20,000 nt of DNA, from contig JALAGF010005628.1 in NCBI GenBank assembly GCA_030167865.1, positions 59,173 through 79,172 on the forward strand. The letters are read 5' to 3'. This document shows positions 1 through 10,500 of the stretch, piece after piece (the stretch's first letter is position 1; each line of letters opens with the position of its first letter). Under the pieces are notes generated by a model. It saw only the letters and a list, made by a program, of their open reading frames with translations. It had not been told where the DNA came from and searched no databases. The stretch comes from Craspedostauros australis (lineage: Eukaryota). The position numbers were made by a program, and so were the translations under genes.

Positions 1-3000
1 TGCCTCTGCCGTCACAGGAGGCATCGATAGTGACGGATTGGACGACGTTGGCAGCGGTGCCGATTGAAGTCTCCACGACCAACGAAGATGGGAGGCACTC
101 ATTGCCGGAGGCCTTCACGACGACATCAGCGTTGCCGTTTCTCGATGCAGCGGAAGTCTGGAAGAATGGGTCGCTGCTGTCGCTGCTGAACGCACGAATG
201 ATGACGTCATCAGGGAGAGGTGAGAGGTTGGTGTCAACACATCCTGCGAGGTTTTCACATTTGTTGCCGGTGTAGCGGAGGATGAGTTGGTTGGCGCAGT
301 TGCTGTCGCACATGCATTCCACCTCAGTCTCTCCAAGAAGATCATCGCATGGGATGCTGGTTGCTCCTGTCAATGGGTTTGCGATGACTGCGCAGTCCAA
401 GTCCAGATCGATGGCACAAGTGACGTCAACTTGGAACTCGTACTCATCCTCATCTTGGCACATGTCACCATTCGGTGGATCGGCCTCGACCACAGTCGAC
501 ACCTTGTACACGCCAGGGATGCACACATCCAGAAGCACAACCTCCATGGCTGTGGTGGATTCGCCCGGTGACAGCTCTCTGTCTTCCACGCGGTCAAGGA
601 GGTCGCGGATCACACTGTCTGCCGTCACGTTCAACGCTGTCACGTTCATATCGTCGGTCCCCACATTGCGGAGATCGTACACGTAGGTGATGTCGAGGAA
701 GCAATCCTGGGTATCTCCGTTCACGTCGGAGCAAGCTTCGAGCTCCATGGATCCGAACTTGTCCTTGAGGTTGAGCTCGGAGGATCCGGATGGATCGAAG
801 GTGAGCACCTGGAGGGGCTGGCTTCCCGTGGAAGAANNNNNNNNNNNNNNNNNNNNNNNNNNNNNNNNNNNNNNNNNNNNNNNNNNCTGGAGGGGCTGGC
901 TTCCCGTGGAAGAAAGAGTGCAAGTGACGCTGCTTGGAAGCTGGATGTTGGGCATGGAGGATGAGACGATGAACGTCTCTCCTGCGCCGATCGGTCCGCT
1001 GGTGGTTGTGAGGGGCATCTGGTTGCTTGCATCGACACAGCTCACCACCATCTCACTGACGGTGGTGATGTCGCCTGGCTCGCTGCACACGGATGGCGGC
1101 ATGGGTTGGGTGTTGACGCTGTCGCCGCATGGTGATGGAACGAACTTGAAGCGAGTCTCGGAGATGCTGTCGCCGTCGGAGCACTGGGCAGGGGCCTCAG
1201 TGATCTCCATGCAGTCGCGACCGTTCTCGTCGGTGCATGTGATGTCGACATCGACGCGACATGCCACAGCAATGTCGAAGGTGAATGTTTCGTCATCCTG
1301 GCATGTCGGGCCGAACGGTGGGTCGGCTTCGACACGGACGTTGGTTGTGTATGTGGCGCCCATGCACACGTCCACCACATCGGGTTCGTTGATCTGTACT
1401 TGGTCTCTCACTCCGATGGTCTTGTTTTGGATCAATCCGAAGAGGCTCTCTTCAGCACCGCCGCGCTCGCGGAAGAACAGCGTGACCTCCATGGGAACTT
1501 CGCCGATGTTTCTCAAGAAGTACGAGTAGCTGATGTCGACGAGGCAGTTTCTCTCATCGCCACCGACATCACATGATTCCAGCTGCAGCATTCCGTACTT
1601 GTCCTTGAGGTAGAGATCCATGTTGCCGCTTGTGTCGATGGAGAAGTTCTGGATTTCGTCCCCTCCGCTTGTCACTTCGCAGATGGTTGCAGTTGGCAAA
1701 ACGGTCACGCCATCTCCAATGGTGATGCGATCTCCCACGACGACATTTGTTGCAGGCAGGATCGTGGTTGTGGATGAATCGAAGCAGGTGATGGTCATGG
1801 TGGTTCCTGGTTGTGGCATCGTTCCGGTGTCCTCGCAGAAGGCATCGAGGGGTGTCATTCCGTCGTTGGCAAACATGTACTGAGTGTTGAGACTGTCGTT
1901 GCATGTTCCGCCTGTGACGACGAAGGAGAGTTCGGTGATTGGCTGTCCGGTTGAGCATTGTCCGTCTGGTGATTGCAGGTCTTCGCATGGGATTCCGCCG
2001 GCTGCGTTGCAATCAATGATTGCCTGGTGTGCGCGAATGTGCATGTTCCATTTCGATGAGAATCACGCGTTTGACAGATCACGGGAATGTAAAAACAAAA
2101 GGGTCAGTCGGTTTGCTCTCCTCCAACAATTGTGCGCCTGCTGTGTTGGTGTGGTGATGCCTCTTCAATCTTGTACCATACATGCATCGAGTTGCAGGGA
2201 CGCAGTGAGAGCAAGAACTTACCTCCACAAGGCATTCACCGGGCTCGGTTGGTGTTTGCGAGGGCATCACGGATGGAAGGCTGGATGGGCGTGCGGAGGG
2301 GTTGCTCGATGGATTTTCAGAGGGAGTTGTTGATGGGGTTGGTGACGGTTGGTCGCTTGGCGTGGCACTTGGAGGAGTGCTGGGGGTGCTGGAAGGCGGT
2401 TCACTCGGAGTGACTGACGGGGTTTTCGAGGGAGTTGCCGAAGGCGTGGCCGATGGCGGCACGCTTGGTAGGCTCGAAGGATCCACTGAAGGTGTCGCCG
2501 ATGGTGTTGTTGATGGTGTTGTTGACGGTGTCGCCGATGGTGTTGTTGATGGTGTTGTTGACGGTGTTGTTGACGGTGTTGTTGACGGTGTTGTTGACGG
2601 TGTCGTTGACGGTGTCGTTGATGGTGTCGTTGATGGTGTCGTTGATGGTGTCGCCGAAGGTGTTTTTGAGGGTGTCTCCGAAGGAGTGGCCGATGGTGGC
2701 ACACTTGGATTGCTCGAAGGTTTGACTGAAGGCGTCGATGACGGCGGTTCACTCGGGGTGTCGGACGGTTTCGTTGAAGGTCTTGCCGACGGAACGGGTG
2801 ATGGCATATCCGAAGGTTTGGTAGACGGCCTTGCAGAAGGCGTCGCAGATGGCGGAACCGACGGCTCCTCGGAAACGATGACGCTCTCACCGACTTCCTC
2901 CATTAGCCTTGCGTAAAACTCTTCATCCTCGACGTCGACACCAAGGTTGTCTCCAACATCGCCACGAGGCTGCGCGACCACTGTCAGAATATCAGTTCTG

Positions 3001-3062
3001 CAACAAGACAGCACGACTGTCGTGACGAGGAAGGGAACGAGGCCCTGTGTGCGCAACCTCAT
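1..3062 (-). CDS. Large secreted Cys-rich/PST-repeat (mucin-like) protein, paralogue A; exons 3062..2223 and 2023..<1, 3' end outside window
   Basis: Exon 1 (280 codons) encodes a hydrophobic signal peptide (MRLRTQGLVPFLVTTVVLSCC...), an acidic segment and a PS(A/T)T stalk, ending ...EPGECLVE|GTAAGT. Exon 2 begins after ...CACCAG with AIIDCNAAGGIPCEDLQSPDGQCSTGQP... and is near-identical to paralogue B from position ~1991 down to 1. The ORF track misses exon 2 because it runs off the window without a stop. Confidence 0.88.
837..886. other. Assembly gap (50 N) flanked by a duplicated 28-bp overlap
   Basis: CTGGAGGGGCTGGCTTCCCGTGGAAGAA occurs at 809-836 and again at 887-914. Paralogue B has this stretch once with nothing inserted. 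Confidence 0.92.
2024..2222 (-). other. Spliceosomal intron (199 nt, phase 0) of paralogue A
   Basis: Minus strand GAG|GTAAGT donor at 2222 and CAG|GCA acceptor at 2024. Same codon position (after CLVE) as the intron in paralogue B, and splicing gives a continuous reading frame. Confidence 0.88.
2260..2865 (-). repeat. Coding tetrapeptide repeat (PS-x-T) stalk in exon 1 of paralogue A, including a 12-nt tandem array at ~2503-2650 encoding (PSTT)n
   Basis: + strand GGTG(T)(T/C)GTTGA(T/C) 12-mers in tandem; translation PSTTPSTTPSATPS... Confidence 0.9.
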
Positions 3063-4530
3063 GGTGATGCTTCGATCGGCAGCTCTTGTCGGATGCCTCG
3101 ATGCTATAGTAGTATGCTGGCACGTTGTCTCCGTTCAATGTTGTCTCCTGACTGATCTTGTATTCTCGTTGAGTTCCAGGATCCGCAAATGGGTGAGGAA
3201 GGAAACGAGATTGTTTTGTGACGGAAAAACAAAACATGCTTTGCGGATTGATTGCTTCTCTGCGTTGTGAGTGGTGCTTCATATGCATGTATTCATGTAC
3301 GTATACTGTTGATATATTGTTGTTTAATTGCAGCGTTAGTTGCGTCGTGTCATCAGCGATTTTTCGAGGACTGAGTTCATCTAACACTATTACGCTGGTA
3401 CTGTTTGAAGGTCATGTGATTCAACGCTTTCCGTTAAAAATGTTCATACTACACTATCATGTGACACGATTAAAGCATCGTTACTATCGCAATACTGCTG
3501 GAAAGTACGACACATGCCGCATCACTCCCTGATTTGCGACAACAATCGGCTCTTCCACACACAAGATACCAAAGGCGCAAACAAGCACTCCCTTTTTCTG
3601 TGGTGTTCTCGGACGAACGAAATAGGTCGTCGGACTGCACGAGCAGGGCATACAGCGGAAGTCTCTATTGGTACCTATTCTGCTTTCCCTCTCTCTCTAT
3701 TTCTGGAGAGAGAGTGTGTGTGTGTACTTATGGAGCATTGCGAGAGCCGTGTGCTTGCTCGCATCGCAGAGTAAACGTGACCATCTTCTTGATGGTCGCA
3801 ATTCGGACAAGAAGTCAAGAACGCTTGGTGGAGTCCAATTAGAGTCCGAATAGAAGTACACGCAGCGGACATATTGTACGTACAATGACTGTTCGCGAAC
3901 AATACGGACTGGCTGAAACGTGGATGAATCAATGGTTGGGGAAGGTACTCAGTAAATGTCTTTTTAGAACACCGGCATTCATTCTATTCTTTGTCATACG
4001 TCGATATTGTTAGGGTGTCTCTTTGTCGTTGCCAACACGAGGCGGTATCCGAATCAGATGGTCCCTTATGAGTCGTTTTGAGTGTTCCCGATAAGTCCCG
4101 CAAACTGTAGAGAGGATCTTGTTCACGAATGATGCAGTTCAGAACACGGATACTAGTAAGTCCCGTGTGTTTCCACGATGAACGAGGGGTGTTGTGTGGT
4201 GTTGTGTGGTGGTGTGAGTTGGTGGTGCCAAAACAGGCACGCAACAGAGAAGGAAGACAAGAGATGAGGCAATCGAGCAGATCATCATTGTCATTCATCC
4301 GTCGCCAGCATCGTTGCAATCATCTGTGTGATCGTCAACGAGATCAGTGCGGGAGACTGAGGAAGCATAGTCCAATTTCCGAGCAGCCTGCTCTCCAAAC
4401 CTTAGCGGTCGCAAGCGCACTGACGAACGCGCTGACAAACGCACTCACGAGCCAAGTCGTCTGCTCCTGAGGAAGGAAGAGCGTCCAGTTTGGCACAGCA
4501 GACCACCTGCCACAGAGCATCGCCGCGATC
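3063..4530. promoter_or_regulatory. Divergent (head-to-head) intergenic region carrying the promoters/5' UTRs of paralogue A and the kinase
   Basis: Inferred from gene orientation. The region is AT-richer and lacks a convincing ORF; no specific element identified. Confidence 0.45.
3688..3725 (+). repeat. Compound (CT)n/(GA)n/(GT)n microsatellite in the divergent intergenic region
   Basis: cctctctctctatttctggagagagagtgtgtgtgtgt. Confidence 0.6.
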
Positions 4531-6600
4531 ATGCAACCGATCCGAAGCAAAGACGCGCAGCCAAAAGATGTTCAGCACAGGGTGTCGTTGGGCGCGTACA
4601 AGACGGTGAAGAGCCAGGGCGAGTTTCCTTCCATCGGGTCGACGTTGGGGCAGTTCTTCTCGGTTGGCAGGCTGGGAAAGGGGACCTTCTGCAGCATCCA
4701 TCGCTGCATCAATCTCAACCACTTCCACTCGCAGGACCAGCGCCGAAGTGAGAATGATGGCGCCAGCAGCAACGACAGCAACGACAGCAACACCGGCAGC
4801 CATGGTGATGGCTCCAGCAGCAAACGAGTGGTCGCAGCCAAGCTGGAAATCGGGGAGTTCCAAAACTCCGGTGTCCTGGCTGGCGAGGCCGCGATGCTGG
4901 AGTTCTTGGACATGTCGCTGCCAAAAGAAACGGTCCCCTTGTACATGGGGCATCTGCACGAAACAACCAGCAAGGTCGCTGCCATCATCATGGAGTACCT
5001 TCCTGGCAGAGACATGCATCAGATCAGGGACGCCACCACTCGTGGTCGAACACGCCGGCTGACGGTGGAGAATTCTGTGTACCTGACAGCCGACGTCATG
5101 CTGCCGCTGCTGCGTTGTATGCACGAGGTCGGAATCGTCCACCGAGACGTCAAGCCTTCCAACTGCGTCAAGCGGAACGGGAGGCAGTTTGCCATGGTGG
5201 ACTTCGGCCTCTCGAAATCCATCGTCGTGCCCAACGATTCCGCTCTGTCCGATCCCAACCGACCTTGGAAAGGCAAGGATTGGATGAAGCCGGCGAACTG
5301 CGAAGCCGCTGGCCATTACCGCGTGGAGCGCACGAATGCAGATTTCCGCGGGACGAGCATGTACGCATCGCTTCGCATCCATCAATCCAAAGACTACTGT
5401 CCGCGCGACGATCTGTGGAGCCTTCTGTACGTCTTCTGTGATCTGATCGGCGGCGGCCTGCCGTGGATGTCCTACGCAGCCAGCAAGGAGCGCGCTGTGT
5501 GCCACAGCATGAAGGAACGCATCCATGGAGAAATGCCCGGTCAGCCTGATGCCACCCACGAACTGTTGCAAGGATACGAATACCACATCGCCAAAGCGAG
5601 GCTGCAACGTCGCGATGAGAACAACATGCCGCAACAGCTAGAACATGAAGCCAAGGAGTCCCTGCCCGCTCCTCTCAAGATGTCCGAAACTCCCGAGCTT
5701 GTCGGGCTGCTGCGCAAGGCGTTCCAGCACCTGCAAACGCTGGACTTCTGCGACATGCCCGATTATGACCTCGTTCAAAATTGCCTCCGTGGCTTTCTCA
5801 GCGCCCACCACCAGCGCAGCATCGACCACGACGGGAATGGCAAGGTCGTTCCGATCATGTGGGAGAAGAAGCAAGATTCCGCCAAGCCGAATGTGTCAGG
5901 TCTCCCTGCGGCGACTGAAGGCACCAAAATCCCGTACTGGAGGTTGGCGGGGCACGAAGATGACATGCTCACTTCGCAGCAATTCGTCCGCGCTGAAATC
6001 GTCGCAAAGACGGAACAGCCCGCCGATGAGGCCAAGAAGGCCGATGCAAACACCGATGCGTCAGCTGTCAAGAAACTGCCATTGGAACTGCAGTTCCGTC
6101 TCGCTCAGATGGAACACAATGCCAAACATCACACATCGATACCGCACCACATAGCCTTACATGATTGGATGCAAGCAGCGTCGCTCGTCCTGTACATGAA
6201 ATGGGACTCAAAGGCATTTGAAAAAGGTGGCCACCGCAACAACATGGACGGATACCGGAGGGAGAACTTCCTCAGATGCGTCAATCGGTGCTTGAAAGGG
6301 GCAGAGCGGTTTGGATACTTCAAGAACAGAAGCGCGTTGTACAAATCGTCGTCGGCATCAGAAGCGAAAACAAAGACCGAAGGAGACGGATCAAGCGTAG
6401 CACCGGTTGGCTCTCAGACTGCGCACATCAGACACGCCATCGAAACATCTCCGCTTCATAACCAGGACGGTGACGGGCCCAAACCAGCTGTGGACTTGGT
6501 GATGATATCTCGGTTTCTGTTCGGTCTGCGCAAAGCGAAACGAAGGGAAGAGGGGAAGACTTTTGCACCGCCACCAGTTCTGTCGTTCGGAAGTGGATAA
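4531..6600 (+). CDS. Ser/Thr protein kinase, casein kinase 1 group, tau-tubulin kinase (TTBK)-like, 689 aa, apparently intronless
   Basis: Gly-loop LGKGTFCSIH, VAAKLE (catalytic Lys), HRDVKPSN, DFGLSK, FRGTSMYASLRIH (no APE motif, as in CK1), PRDDLWSLLY and LPW. The FRGT..YAS and RDDLWSL.Y signatures fit the TTBK branch. Long non-kinase C-terminal extension. Confidence 0.9.
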   Translation: MQPIRSKDAQPKDVQHRVSLGAYKTVKSQGEFPSIGSTLGQFFSVGRLGKGTFCSIHRCINLNHFHSQDQRRSENDGASSNDSNDSNTGSHGDGSSSKRVVAAKLEIGEFQNSGVLAGEAAMLEFLDMSLPKETVPLYMGHLHETTSKVAAIIMEYLPGRDMHQIRDATTRGRTRRLTVENSVYLTADVMLPLLRCMHEVGIVHRDVKPSNCVKRNGRQFAMVDFGLSKSIVVPNDSALSDPNRPWKGKDWMKPANCEAAGHYRVERTNADFRGTSMYASLRIHQSKDYCPRDDLWSLLYVFCDLIGGGLPWMSYAASKERAVCHSMKERIHGEMPGQPDATHELLQGYEYHIAKARLQRRDENNMPQQLEHEAKESLPAPLKMSETPELVGLLRKAFQHLQTLDFCDMPDYDLVQNCLRGFLSAHHQRSIDHDGNGKVVPIMWEKKQDSAKPNVSGLPAATEGTKIPYWRLAGHEDDMLTSQQFVRAEIVAKTEQPADEAKKADANTDASAVKKLPLELQFRLAQMEHNAKHHTSIPHHIALHDWMQAASLVLYMKWDSKAFEKGGHRNNMDGYRRENFLRCVNRCLKGAERFGYFKNRSALYKSSSASEAKTKTEGDGSSVAPVGSQTAHIRHAIETSPLHNQDGDGPKPAVDLVMISRFLFGLRKAKRREEGKTFAPPPVLSFGSG

Positions 6601-7521
6601 AGATGAGGACGAAGACGAAGACGAGGATGCTATCCTTTTCTACTTCTTGGAACAGAAGCATTGCTCTCGCGCATGCATACCGCATCAACACATTGAGTAG
6701 ATGAAAAGTGGAATCCCGTTGTAGTTGCAGGAGCATCACGTTGTTTCCGACGAACACAATTCTGTCAGAAAACAACACCCCTTCACCAGGAAGGTTCAAT
6801 CATCTTGATCTTGTTCCTCGCACTCATGTCCATACGCGCAGGTACCGCAACACTGCAGGAATGCTTGTGCTCCGCTGGCACTTCCATGAGAATTGAAATT
6901 GGCTTCCAACTTGTCATCTCGGAAGAAACTGTGTTCCAGCATCATCCTCTTTGCTGTGATGATGGGATGTTCGAGAAAGCAGAGTGTGTGCGTAATCCGC
7001 GAGTACACAAGAGCGCCACAATTTGCGCGTTGTGAGTGGTTCAAGTTACTCTGTTATATAATGTTATCCGATTATATGTAGTACTCTAAGGAGACTGCAC
7101 GCCAAGACAGTAATCCAATCCAATTTCTGTCAGGAAGGTCTTGTCGTGATGGTGCGGATTCTGAATTGTTACATGTGGCTATTTTTTGAGTTATGACGTT
7201 GTTGTCAGAGCTGCCAATTTCGAACCTCCCTCACCCGCGGAATCATTCCTTTGGGTGTCTGTTGGTGGTTGGTGCGATGGGTGTGGGAGGCATCTGACAC
7301 AGAGTTATGATTCCTCGTTTGTTCGTGTTTTGTTCGTTGTTAATTCGGTGAAGACAAATGCGCGGAAAGTGAGAGGGAACATGCCACAGACACAACTCTC
7401 TGCGCGAGCCTGTGACGGGTGCGCAAGGTTGGCCGTTCTTCCCGTTCCTCTGCACGTCGCATTTGTCTTCCATTCGGTACGAGGGTGGGGTGATGCGTTG
7501 ATCGTCTACAGTGCATGTGCA

Positions 7522-10500
7522 TTAAGCCACGGAAACGACCAGGATGGCTCTGTCGCGGCATTCGAGGCCGCTGATGGTCGAATTGGCGACAGCTGCGAGC
7601 GCCGCGGAGACACTTCGTCCCTGCGACTCCAACAAGTTGATGGTGAATCTTTCACTTGAGCGGAACTCATCATCGCGGAAGAGGCTGACCGGGGTGTCGA
7701 CCAATTGAACTGGTGGTTGGCTGTTCGCGGCTGTGAGTGCACGAAGACCGCTGAAGAGGGTCGCCTCGAGGGTGATCGGGTTGCGGATGATGTACGTGAA
7801 CTCGATCACCTCCTTGATGAAAGCGAATTCGTCACCTGCCTCGTATCCGAGAAGTTGGAGAGATCCGAACGTGTCCAGAAGCCGGAGCCCGTCTTGGTTA
7901 CGACAGAGGGTGGAGACGCCGGTGAGTTCCTGGATCACATTCCCGCCCTCTTCGTCAAGGATAGTGATGTCGATGGTCTCGACGCCATCTGGAATGGGGA
8001 TGTCGAAGATGTCACCCTCCACCGCGAGTCCGGAGAAGAAAAGAGTGCCGTCACTACCCGCCTCAATGAAGGCATCGTCAGGCTTGGGTATGACGTCGCT
8101 GCCGCACGAGAAGCCGACCATGGTGTTGTTCTGATTGCCACAATTGAGAAGAGGACTGTATGTAAATCCAAGGCGAACGGCCTGAGTGTCGTCGATGATA
8201 CATTGGCTGTTTCGAGGTGCCTCCAGACCTGCGCAGTCGGCTCCTGTGCGGACAAGTATGCATGTGATCTCAGCCTCCAACGCGCATGCGGTTGTGAGAG
8301 GGTCCGGAGTTGGGAAGAGGGATTCGGTCGGCGTCATCGTTGGTTGAAGCGTCTCGAAGATGGCTGGAGGGCGGTTGCCTGCGACGAATTCGAAACGATC
8401 GAATCCGAAGCATCGGCTGCCGTCTTCTGTCCGACCGGTCAAAGTAGTGATGATCACGTAGTTCTGGCGCACAGTCAGGTCCAACTCAAGCACCCCAGAC
8501 GCTTCGATAGGCGGGGAAGTTGAAGTCAGCACCTGGTCGCGCACCTGGTCGGACAGATCTTGAGACTCATCGTTGGTGCTCAAGAACAGGGTCTCAAGGA
8601 TGACGTCGGTGTCAGAGTCGACGTTGATGGGGAAGCTGAGGTCGAAGAAGATCTGCGTGCTGGCGAAGCACGAGACCAGACCCTGTTGCTGATTCTCGAA
8701 GGAGACCAGCTGCACGGCGCCGAAGCGGTCCTTCAGGTACAAGTTCTCAGAGCACGAGCTGTGGTACTTGACGGTCTGGAGACGGTTCTCGGGAGTCACG
8801 ATGGCGTCACGATCAGTCACGTTAGCTGGAATATCGTAGATGGTGATGTTCATATTAGCCGTGAATCTGTTGCTGGCCTGTGTGAGGAAGACGTCTCCAA
8901 CTGTGACGGGTTTGTCATGATACACCTCTCCGCCTCCGAGGGCAAATGCGACGATCCACGATTGTCGTCCTGAGGCTTCGAATGGCGGACCACCGTTGAA
9001 GTCATCGCAAGCAAAGTCTTCGTTGTCTTGGATGTTGAAAGAACCATCACACCCTCCTCCATTGTAGCGGAATTCCATATTGAATGCACGCTGTTCACAT
9101 ATGGGGCGGAACTGCGGGATGTCATCGCAAGAAGGCGCCTGCACACCGCCGATGACGGGCGGCTGGCATTCAACAACGAGCTCGATCTCACACACGTCAG
9201 TGGGCTGTGGACTTGGGACGTCACTGGGCTGATTGGTTGGGTTGGCTGATGGGCTGGGGGACGGCACAGCGGACGGAGTTGCGCTTGGGACTGGCGATGG
9301 CATCGCGCTTGGAGATGCTGATGGTGTGACGCTTGGTGTGGCGCTGGGAGATACCGATGGTGTGGCGCTTGGTGTGACGCTTGGTAATTTTGACGGCGTG
9401 ACACTTGGCGACGCAGAGGGTGGAGTGGAGGGCGAAGTGCTTAAGTCAGTCGATGGCATGGCGCTTGGCGGAGTGGACGGCGTGGCGCTAGGCGACGCAG
9501 AAGGCACGGTGCTTGGTGGAGTACTTGGAGTTCTCGATGGGGATGCGGATGGCGTCGCACTTGGTGATGCTGACGGCGTGGTGCTTGGAGATACTGACGG
9601 TGTGGCACTTGGAGATGCCGATGGTGTAACACTTGGTGATGCCGACGGCGTCGCACTTGGTGATGCTGACGGCGTGGTGCTTGGAGATACTGACGGCATG
9701 GCACTTGGAGTTGCCGATGGTGTAACACTTGGTGATGCGGACGGCGTGGCACTTGGAGATGCGGACGGTGTGGCACTTGGAGATGCGGATGGTGTTGCAC
9801 TCGGTGAGGCAGACGGCGTAGCACTCGGTGTTGCACTCGGAGATGCCGACGGTGTTGCGCTTGGAGATGCGGATGGTGTTGCACTCGGTGTGGCAGACGG
9901 CGTAGCACTCGGTGTGGCACTCGGAGATGCCGACGGTGTTGCACTTGGAGATGCTGACGGCGTGGCGCTTGGAGATGCCGAAGGTGTTGCGCTTGGAGAT
10001 GCGGATGGTGAGGCGGATGGCATGCCGCTCGGCGGTGCACTTGGGGAGGCTGATGGCACACCTGAGGGTGGTGAACTTGGAGCGGGACTTGGGAAAGGAG
10101 TTCCGACCGTCACATCGAAGTTGTACACATCGTTGTCCTCGCAGATGAAGCCATTCACATCCGTCTCAGCGATCACAGAAGCTTCCGCATTGTACCGCTT
10201 CGAAATGCACAGGTCAATCTCGGTCACATCGAAAATGCTCACGGAATCGGCTGGATTGAGCATGGTGCTGCTGAGGTTGGGGAGCAGGTCGGTTGTCATG
10301 CCGTTCAACGAGGTTGACAACGTGGTGATCGTCAAGCCCGTTTCTCCCACATTGCTCACGTCGAACGTGTAGTTGGCGTTGACGAAGCAGTTGTGTGGCT
10401 CCTCGCTCACTCCAGCGCAGGTGTATCCGACGAAGTCGACTGCGCCGAAGGCATCCAGCAAGGTGATGCCTCTGCCGTCACAGGAGGCATCGATGGTGAC

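Noticed and set aside
809..914. Direct repeats around the N-gap as a transposon target-site duplication
   Set aside because: A fixed 50-N placeholder with long exact overlap, seen twice, is typical of a scaffolding artefact.
2267..2890. His/Arg/Gln-rich ORFs (also 9441-10061, 16857-17594, 18093-18722)
   Set aside because: Alternative frames of the coding repeats with no independent support.
3262..3275. 14-mer GCGTTGTGAGTGGT shared with 7027-7040, plus a loose match between ~3485-3503 and ~6843-6863
   Set aside because: Short, in opposite order in the two spacers and plausible by chance; not enough for a mobile element or regulatory call.
4417..4450. Three degenerate 12-nt units (GCRCTSACRAAC) upstream of the kinase ATG
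   Set aside because: Too short and degenerate to assign a function.
4402..5634. 410-aa minus-strand ORF
   Set aside because: Antisense to the kinase catalytic domain, with no recognisable motifs.
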